DNA of 32,000 nucleotides from Caedibacter taeniospiralis (GTDB lineage: Bacteria > Pseudomonadota > Gammaproteobacteria > Francisellales > Francisellaceae). This document shows positions 25,283-32,000 of this stretch, piece after piece. The notes beneath the pieces were generated by a model that did no database searches, was not told the origin of the DNA, and was given only the letters and a program-made list of their open reading frames with translations. How positions within the stretch are numbered: the stretch's first letter is position 1; every line of letters starts with the position of its first letter. The DNA lies in the NCBI RefSeq assembly GCF_002803295.2, contig NZ_PGGB02000001.1, positions 30,001 through 62,000 of the forward strand, given 5' to 3'. The translations under genes were made by a program, and so were the position numbers.

Positions 25283-26296
25283 CTACCACCAAGGACCTAA
25301 GCCAAGTTTAACCATGAAAGCCACAAAAATAACCCATACTAATGTCACTGGAATAAATATTTTCCAGCCCAAACGCATTAACTGATCGTAACGGTATCTT
25401 GGGAAAGTAGCGCGAATCCACAAATACATAAACATGAAGATACCCGTCTTTAAAAACAGCCAAATCATTCCAGGGACAAAACTAAAGAATTGATCTAATA
25501 CGGGGATGCCATCAAATGGAGACATCCAGCCACCTAAGAAAAACACGGCTGTTAATAGACTGATCAAGATCATATTGGCATATTCCGCCAAAAAGAATAA
25601 AGCAAAGCGCGCACCTGAATACTCAACATGGTGTCCTGCGATAATCTCAGACTCGCCTTCAATCACATCAAAGGGCGCGCGTCCAGTTTCTGCAACACCC
25701 GCGATAAAATAAATAATAAACAGAGGGAATAATGGGATAAAGTACCAGTGCCAGATACCGCCTTGTTGCGTTTCAATAATTGTACTGAGATTAAGTGAGC
25801 CTGCGGCAATCAACACCCCAATAATCGCAAACCCCATCGCTAACTCATATGACACCACCTGAGCTGCTGCGCGCAACGCGCCAAACATTGCATACTTAGA
25901 GTTTGACGCCCAACCGGCAATAATCACCCCGTAAACAGCAATGGACGTCATAGCCAAAATATACAAAACACCTGCGTTTATATCAGCAAGTGCCAGTCCC
26001 TTTCCAAATGGGACTACTGCCCAGGCGGCATAAGCAGGCGCAAATGCCAGCATTGGTGCAATAAAAAATAAGTAACGGTTTGACTTCGTAGGGACGATGA
26101 TTTCTTTTAGGAGCAGTTTCACCGCATCAACAATCGGTTGCAAAAGACCAAACGAGCCCACGCGATTCGGACCCACTCTATCCTGCATATAGCCAATGAC
26201 TTTACGCTCCGCATAGGTATAGTACGCTACGACTAGAATCAAAGGAACGACAATCAACAAGACCTTAAGGACAATCCATATAATATCTAAAATCAT
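25283..26296 (-). CDS. nuoH: NADH-quinone oxidoreductase subunit H
   Basis: 337-aa ND1-family protein (..[20 protein letters not shown].., ..ETGRAPFD..). It overlaps the nuoG stop by 4 nt. Confidence 0.93.
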   Translation of the reverse strand: MILDIIWIVLKVLLIVVPLILVVAYYTYAERKVIGYMQDRVGPNRVGSFGLLQPIVDAVKLLLKEIIVPTKSNRYLFFIAPMLAFAPAYAAWAVVPFGKGLALADINAGVLYILAMTSIAVYGVIIAGWASNSKYAMFGALRAAAQVVSYELAMGFAIIGVLIAAGSLNLSTIIETQQGGIWHWYFIPLFPLFIIYFIAGVAETGRAPFDVIEGESEIIAGHHVEYSGARFALFFLAEYANMILISLLTAVFFLGGWMSPFDGIPVLDQFFSFVPGMIWLFLKTGIFMFMYLWIRATFPRYRYDQLMRLGWKIFIPVTLVWVIFVAFMVKLGLGPWW

Positions 26297-28704
26297 GCGC
26301 TCACCACCTCTGTTTTAACTGGCGTGATTGTAACATTTGCCCACTTAGTGCGACAAGGAGACATAAGTTGAAATGGCACAATAATCGTATTTGCCGCTAA
26401 ACCTTCCTCAATGAGGACACCAAGCTCAACCGATTCACCATCTATCGACACTATGGCTCTCGTCGATGATTGCAGTGACTTTTGCTGTGCAAACTTCGTT
26501 GAGATCCGCAAAGCTCGATAATAAGCAGCATCTTTGGTTGTTTGTAACGGCTTCCCACGCCTTAAGGTATCAAAGGTGCTATACATAGAAATGGCAGGTA
26601 GCACCGTATAGCCCTCCTGAAGCTCTGGCAAAGCATTGCTTAGTAAGTTATCAGGGTTAATTTGGGGCATGACTTTTTCAATTGCGGCATATTCCTGATA
26701 AATCTCATCAAGCGATTGATAGCTAAAGCCATCAAGTGCCAGCAAGTTTGCTAATACACGCAATACTTTCCATAATGGCTTACTTGCTTCATAGGGTGGA
26801 ATAACCGCCTTAAAGCGTTGTGTTTGTCCCACAATATTAATAAATGAGCCATCTTCTTCAAAGTGTGTGCAAATGGGCAATATGATATCGGCATATTCGC
26901 GCATCGCATCGGTTGCGTAAGCAGAAAATACCGCAACAATGTCAATCGCCTTGAGTGCTTCCAGCGTTTTCCGTCCATCGATATAATCCAACTCGGGTTC
27001 AATCCCGAAAGTTAATAGCAGTTTTGTGTTGGCACTTAAAATTGACGAAGCAGACATTCCTGATTGCAGATTTTCAAGACCTCCAGGCAAATACTCTGAA
27101 GCTGCTCCAGTCAGTAGAGCACCCCTGGCATTGGCACCAAAGCTAAGCACCCCACCTTTTGCATGAAGCAGTTGTTTTAATTCGCTAAATAACGCACAAA
27201 TTCCGGCAAAATCTTTATTCAAAATCGCATCAAATCCCAAAATAAGTACAGGATTTTCTCTGGAAATCAACTCTGCTGCCAACGCCTCAATCTCAGGCAA
27301 GCTTTCCACGCTATCGATCACTTTCTTAACTTGTGTCGATTGAATAGGCGTGGCAATTTTTTGAGATACCGCCTTTACCAGGTTTGCCAGCGCATAAATA
27401 AGCTCATTCGCTTCGATTTGCATCGTTTCAACATCATAGTTGAAATCATAGTACTGACTATTTAACGCAAATACCCTGGAACCCTTTTTGAACGCCGTAT
27501 GAACGCGATGATTAATCAAGGGAATCTCTTTACGCAGGTAGCTGCCAACGAGTAAGACCGCATCAGCATTTTCAATTTCATCCAGGAGGCAATCAAAACC
27601 AACTCCAGTATGCAGTGAAGTTTTATGCGCCCCTTGTTTTAAGCGCGTATCAATATTATTTGAACCAATTTGGCGTATCAGTTTTTGCAGTAAGTAAAGC
27701 GATTCTGTCGTTGCCGACTCAGAGGCAAGGGCTGCAATGCTATTTACCCCATCCTGTGCCTTGGTCTCTTCAATCGCGACTTTAATAAAATCTAGGGCTT
27801 CTTCCCAAGACACTTCAACCCAACGATCATTCTTCTTGATCATGGGCTCAGTTAGGCGATCCTCACTATAAACGCCGGTATAATAAAAACGGTCTTTATC
27901 GGCAAGCCATGTCTCATTAACTGCTTCATTTTCTTTGGGCACAACGCGCATCAGCTGGTTACGTCTGACATGCGCATAGATATTTGCCCCCACCGCATCA
28001 GCCGCTGAAATCGTTGGATATTGCTGCAACTCCCAGGCACGAGCCTGGAATCTAAAGGGCTTCGAGGTCAGAGCCCCAACGGGACACAGATCAATAATAT
28101 TACCTGAAAGCTCTGAATTAACGGTTTTTGCCACATAGGTGCTAATTTGGGTGTGGTCTCCGCGCCCCATGGCGCCAAGCTCCTTATCGCCACTGATTTC
28201 TTCACCAAAGCGGACACAACGCGTGCACTGAATACAGCGCGTCATGTCAGTGGCAATCAATGAACCTAAACTTGGATCATCAAATACGCGCTTTGTTTCG
28301 TGGTACTTGGAAACGTCATCTCCATAACCTATTGCAATATCTTGCAACTCGCACTCGCCACCTTGATCGCAAATAGGACAATCCAGTGGGTGATTAATGA
28401 GTAAGAATTCCATAACTTTCTTTTGATAAGAAATAGTTGTTGGTGATTTGGTAAAGACCTTCATGCCATCCATAATGGGGGTGGCACACGCAGGAGACGG
28501 TTTTCTTGCCCCTTCGACTTCAACCAGGCACATTCTGCAATTGGCTGCCACTGAGAGTTTTTTATGATAACAAAAGCGGGGAATATAAATGCCATGCCTA
28601 TCCGCCACCTCAATGATCATCTCACCAGGACTCACCGCATATGACTGCCCATTGATTTCAATACTCAATTGTTTCGTTACTTGTTTTTCTGACACGGGAG
28701 TCAC
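26293..28704 (-). CDS. nuoG: NADH-quinone oxidoreductase subunit G
   Basis: 803 aa. The N-terminal Fe-S cysteine clusters are [29 protein letters not shown] and [15 protein letters not shown]. The body is molybdopterin-oxidoreductase-like. The start is uncertain: GTG at 28702-28704 or GTG at 28693-28695. Confidence 0.9.
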   Translation of the reverse strand: MTPVSEKQVTKQLSIEINGQSYAVSPGEMIIEVADRHGIYIPRFCYHKKLSVAANCRMCLVEVEGARKPSPACATPIMDGMKVFTKSPTTISYQKKVMEFLLINHPLDCPICDQGGECELQDIAIGYGDDVSKYHETKRVFDDPSLGSLIATDMTRCIQCTRCVRFGEEISGDKELGAMGRGDHTQISTYVAKTVNSELSGNIIDLCPVGALTSKPFRFQARAWELQQYPTISAADAVGANIYAHVRRNQLMRVVPKENEAVNETWLADKDRFYYTGVYSEDRLTEPMIKKNDRWVEVSWEEALDFIKVAIEETKAQDGVNSIAALASESATTESLYLLQKLIRQIGSNNIDTRLKQGAHKTSLHTGVGFDCLLDEIENADAVLLVGSYLRKEIPLINHRVHTAFKKGSRVFALNSQYYDFNYDVETMQIEANELIYALANLVKAVSQKIATPIQSTQVKKVIDSVESLPEIEALAAELISRENPVLILGFDAILNKDFAGICALFSELKQLLHAKGGVLSFGANARGALLTGAASEYLPGGLENLQSGMSASSILSANTKLLLTFGIEPELDYIDGRKTLEALKAIDIVAVFSAYATDAMREYADIILPICTHFEEDGSFINIVGQTQRFKAVIPPYEASKPLWKVLRVLANLLALDGFSYQSLDEIYQEYAAIEKVMPQINPDNLLSNALPELQEGYTVLPAISMYSTFDTLRRGKPLQTTKDAAYYRALRISTKFAQQKSLQSSTRAIVSIDGESVELGVLIEEGLAANTIIVPFQLMSPCRTKWANVTITPVKTEVVSA

Positions 28705-28783
28705 CCTTTATCAATTATGTTTGTTCAATTTACCTGCGGTGACCATATTTCCGCCCACTCTATGGTGCTGAGCACCGATGCGC

Positions 28784-28939
28784 TTTAAAAAACACCCCGC
28801 CTTGCAAGCCTGACCACTTTAGAGTGGTCAGGCAAGCTCGGCACCCCTCTTGAAAAGAGGGGAATATCCACCGAAGCTACCGCCTAATTCCCCTCTTTTC
28901 AAGAGGGGTGGCAGCCGCAGGCTGACGGGGTGTTTAAAA
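28784..28939. repeat. Mosaic palindromic repeat element inside the nuoF-nuoG intergenic spacer
   Basis: The imperfect terminal inverted repeat is TTTAAAAAACACCCCG (28784-28799) paired with CGGGGTGTTTAAAA (28926-28939). Internal hairpins are at 28808-28833 (GCCTGACCACT/AGTGGTCAGGC), 28844-28862 and 28890-28908 (both CCCCTCTT/AAGAGGGG). The core is homologous to 15991-16065. Confidence 0.6.
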
Positions 28940-28958
28940 TTACTAGAACTCTACTATC

Positions 28959-30227
28959 TTAAACACCAACGGTATGCTTATCTGCAATCATACGTTCAAA
29001 CTCATGTCTGAACTTTTTAATATAACTTTGCACAGGCCATGCCGCGGCATCCCCCAAACCACAAATCGTATTTCCTTCAATATTCGAGGCGACACGCGTG
29101 AGATTATCGATATCCTTGAGATTACCTTCACCATGCAAAATACGATCCAGAGTTCTTGCCAACCATCCAGTACCCTCTCTGCAAGGTGTGCACTGTCCAC
29201 AGGATTCTTCATAATAAAATTCAGCCAGGCGTGCCAACAGTTCAACCATGCACGTGTCTTCGTCTAAGACAACAACCGCACCTGAACCAAGCATTGATCC
29301 TGCCTGCCCAATCGCTTCATAGTCCATGGTGAGATTCATCATCTCATCTCCCGTGAGAATTTTACATGAACTGCCACCTGGAATCACCGCCTTGATTTTT
29401 TTGCCACCACGCACGCCTCCTGCCATCGCTAGTAAATCCTTAAACGGCGTGCCTAAACCAATTTCAAACACCCCAGGAGAATTCACATGTCCTGAGACGC
29501 AGAACAATTTAGTTCCACCACTTTTCTCGGTACCCAGTTTCTGAAACCACTCACCGCCACGCTCTAAAATCGGCGGCACAGAAGCGTAAGTTTCAGTGTT
29601 ATTAATATTGGTGGGGCAATCATATAAGCCCTTACTTGCAGGAAAAGGGGGTTTAAATCTTGGCAATCCTTTTTTCCCTTCCAATGAGTTGAGTAATGCT
29701 GTTTCCTCACCACAAATATAAGCACCAGCTCCAATCGAGCAGTATAAGTTGAAATCAACCCCTGAACTACGCAAATTAAAACCAATGAGTCCCATGGCGC
29801 GCGCCTCATTGAGTGCTGCTTCAAAGCGTGCTATCGGCTCATAAAACTCGCCGCGAATATAGTTGTAACCTACTGTTGAGCCCGTCACATAGCCCGCAAT
29901 CGCCATGCCTTCAATGAGTTGATGTGGGTTGTTACGTAGAATCTCACGATCCTTGCAAGTCCCTGGCTCCCCCTCATCGGAATTACACACGACATATTTT
30001 TGTCCAGGAACATTTCGTGGCATAAAGCTCCACTTAAGCCCTGTCGGAAATCCCGCTCCCCCGCGCCCACGAAGACCCGATTTTTTTAGTTCCGCAATAA
30101 TGACTTCAGGCGGAATTTTCTCATCTAAAATTTTTTTCCAATACGAGTATCCACCAACAGATTCATAGGACTTTAGCGACCATGGTCGTTCAAGATGCAA
30201 GGTTCTAAAACAAACTTCATTCGCCAT
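28959..30227 (-). CDS. nuoF: NADH-quinone oxidoreductase subunit F
   Basis: The NADH/FMN site is [16 protein letters not shown] and the C-terminal 4Fe-4S motif is [12 protein letters not shown]...CGLGDAA. Confidence 0.95.
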   Translation of the reverse strand: MANEVCFRTLHLERPWSLKSYESVGGYSYWKKILDEKIPPEVIIAELKKSGLRGRGGAGFPTGLKWSFMPRNVPGQKYVVCNSDEGEPGTCKDREILRNNPHQLIEGMAIAGYVTGSTVGYNYIRGEFYEPIARFEAALNEARAMGLIGFNLRSSGVDFNLYCSIGAGAYICGEETALLNSLEGKKGLPRFKPPFPASKGLYDCPTNINNTETYASVPPILERGGEWFQKLGTEKSGGTKLFCVSGHVNSPGVFEIGLGTPFKDLLAMAGGVRGGKKIKAVIPGGSSCKILTGDEMMNLTMDYEAIGQAGSMLGSGAVVVLDEDTCMVELLARLAEFYYEESCGQCTPCREGTGWLARTLDRILHGEGNLKDIDNLTRVASNIEGNTICGLGDAAAWPVQSYIKKFRHEFERMIADKHTVGV

Positions 30228-30230
30228 CTA

Positions 30231-30728
30231 TTACTCCAAAGAATCAATAATTTGGTCAACTTTTGCAATGCTTAGATTTTCATAAAAAACCTTATCCACT
30301 TCGAGCATCGGCGCGCCACAACACGCTCCTTGGCATTCAACCGATCTTAAGGTAATGCGACCATCAGCCGTTGTTTCGCCCGCTTTAATCCGAAGTCGAT
30401 TCTCGATGTGAGTCATGATTTTCTTAGCACCGTTTAACATACACGATAAATTTGTACACACGTTAAGCTTATGCCTGCCAACCTCATGCAAATCATACAT
30501 GCTATAAAAAGTTGCCACCTCATAAACCGAAGCTTGCGGCACTTCTAAATACTGCGCGAGCTTTTCCATCAACTCTTCGCTCAAATACCCATTATTATAA
30601 TCTTGCAATACATGCAAGCCTGGAATAATAACTGACCTCTTCTGGTTGACTGGGTAGCGCTTTTCCCAGTTCTCCAGGAGTTCTGTGATATGCGCGGGGA
30701 AAATTTCTTTTTTATTTAACATAGACAA
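30231..30728 (-). CDS. nuoE: NADH-quinone oxidoreductase subunit E
   Basis: 165 aa with the thioredoxin-like 2Fe-2S cysteines (CTNLSC ... CQGACCGAP). Confidence 0.93.
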   Translation of the reverse strand: MSMLNKKEIFPAHITELLENWEKRYPVNQKRSVIIPGLHVLQDYNNGYLSEELMEKLAQYLEVPQASVYEVATFYSMYDLHEVGRHKLNVCTNLSCMLNGAKKIMTHIENRLRIKAGETTADGRITLRSVECQGACCGAPMLEVDKVFYENLSIAKVDQIIDSLE

Positions 30729-30737
30729 ACCCTAAAC

Positions 30738-31991
30738 TTATCTATCTACATCGCCAAACACGATGTCTTGTGTGGCAATAATCGCTGGCACATCTGATAA
30801 CATATGACCGCTTAACATTTCATTCATCGAGCTTAAATGCGTAAACCCAGGCGCTCTGATTTTCAGGCGATAGGGTTTATTGGCGCCATCTGACACCAAA
30901 TAAATGCCAAACTCACCTTTTGGATGTTCAGTCCCTACATAAACCTCGCCTTCTGGGACGCAATAGCCCTCAGAAAACAGTTTAAAATGGTGGATTAACG
31001 CCTCCATGCTATTCTTCATCTCATCACGCCTGGGAGGTGTGACTTTATGATTTGGCGCCATAATCGGACCTTCATTGCTGCGTAACCACTCAACACATTG
31101 GCGAATAATCTTATTCGACTCGCGCATTTCAGCCATTCGCACCAGGTAGCGATCATAGCAATCACCCTTGCTACCCACAGGAATATCAAACTCCACCTCA
31201 TCATAAACATCATAAGGCTGTTTTTTGCGCAGATCCCAGGCAACGCCCGAGGCTCTTAACATGGGACCACCAAAGCCCAGCGCCTTGGCACGCTCTTTCG
31301 TAACCACGCCAATACCGACTGTGCGCTGTTTCCAGATTCTGTTATTTGTCAATAAGTTCTCATATTCATCAATGCACTTTGGAAAGCGCTCGGTGAAATC
31401 CCATATAAAGTCCAAGAGCGAACCTTGACGGTTTTTATTAATTGCTTTTAACTTGCTTTTGGAAGTAAAACGCGATTTCTCATATTTTGGCATCTGCAAA
31501 GGCAGATCACGCGCAACACCACCTGGACGGAAATAGGTCGCGTGCATTCTAGCACCCGACACGGCTTCATAGCAGTCAAATAGATCTTCACGCTCACGAA
31601 ATGCGTATAAGAACATCGTCATCGCGCCCAAATCCAGGCTATTTGCCGCGGTCCATAACAGATGATTGAGAATGCGGGTAATTTCAGCGAACATTACCCT
31701 GATATATTGCGCACGCTTTGGCACTTCAACTTGCAAAAGTTTTTCAATCGCAAGTACATACGCGTGCTCATTACACATCATCGACACATAATCCAAACGA
31801 TCCATATAGCCGATGCTTTGATTAAATGGCTTAGATTCCGCAAGCTTTTCCGTACCTCTATGTAAGAGCCCAACATGCGGATCAGCGCGAACAACTACCT
31901 CACCATCTAACTCCAATACCAGACGCAATACCCCATGAGCTGCCGGGTGCACAGGTCCAAAGTTCATCGTATAGTTTTTAAATTCAGCCAT
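30738..31991 (-). CDS. nuoD: NADH-quinone oxidoreductase subunit D
   Basis: 417 aa of the 49-kDa subunit family. The N-terminus is [22 protein letters not shown] and the C-terminus is DIVFGDVDR. It has its own ATG at 31989-31991, so it is not fused to nuoC. Confidence 0.95.
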   Translation of the reverse strand: MAEFKNYTMNFGPVHPAAHGVLRLVLELDGEVVVRADPHVGLLHRGTEKLAESKPFNQSIGYMDRLDYVSMMCNEHAYVLAIEKLLQVEVPKRAQYIRVMFAEITRILNHLLWTAANSLDLGAMTMFLYAFREREDLFDCYEAVSGARMHATYFRPGGVARDLPLQMPKYEKSRFTSKSKLKAINKNRQGSLLDFIWDFTERFPKCIDEYENLLTNNRIWKQRTVGIGVVTKERAKALGFGGPMLRASGVAWDLRKKQPYDVYDEVEFDIPVGSKGDCYDRYLVRMAEMRESNKIIRQCVEWLRSNEGPIMAPNHKVTPPRRDEMKNSMEALIHHFKLFSEGYCVPEGEVYVGTEHPKGEFGIYLVSDGANKPYRLKIRAPGFTHLSSMNEMLSGHMLSDVPAIIATQDIVFGDVDR

Positions 31992-32000
31992 AGTATTCTC

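Noticed and set aside
9112-25292. ORF-track 5' extensions starting at TTG/GTG (9112 LysR, 10159 fusion gene, 13559 topA, 17893 PDDEXK_2, 25292 nuoI, plus 2027 eamA, 2120 dtd, 3016 serC and 7616 ABC ATPase)
   Set aside because: In each case an in-frame ATG a few codons downstream fits the family N-terminus better, has a better-placed SD, or both. For nuoI, the shorter start also removes an overlap with nuoH.
18956-31865. Short ORFs overlapping the nuo genes (for example 24427-24642, 24863-25102, 26751-27002, 28974-29267, 29564-29824, 31016-31243)
   Set aside because: Each lies within a well-supported nuo cistron. None has a plausible start context or a recognisable product.

Overview
This looks like a chromosomal window from an AT-rich Gram-negative bacterium. 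Gene content (separate nuoD, PDDEXK_2/Rpn-type gene, decayed biosynthetic genes) suggests a Legionellales-like gammaproteobacterium, but I cannot verify that without a search. The right 13 kb (18730-31991, minus strand) is a collinear NADH:quinone oxidoreductase operon, nuoD through nuoN. The left half carries housekeeping and transport genes: eamA-marR, dtd, serC, nadE, an ABC-2 exporter pair, an MFS transporter, a LysR regulator and topA. Four things stand out. (1) A single uninterrupted ORF (10189-13524, about 1111 aa) fuses a 2-oxoacid dehydrogenase E1-alpha, E1-beta, one lipoyl-type swinging-arm domain and a complete FabH-like KAS III domain, with no E2 acyltransferase core. That architecture suggests 2-oxoacid decarboxylation is coupled directly to Claisen condensation without an acyl-CoA intermediate. 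(2) A family of GC-rich mosaic palindromic repeats occurs at three loci. One copy has MITE hallmarks (perfect 19-bp terminal inverted repeats and an 8-bp target duplication that regenerates the stop codon of a HAD hydrolase gene). Another sits inside the nuo operon between nuoF and nuoG. (3) Two gene remnants lie between dtd and serC: the C-terminus of a DUF4143-type AAA ATPase and the N-terminus of a LeuB-like dehydrogenase. (4) An ORF-poor 0.84-kb stretch rich in hairpins lies between a PDDEXK_2/Rpn-family gene and nuoN. I saw no rRNA, tRNA, CRISPR array or recognisable defence genes.
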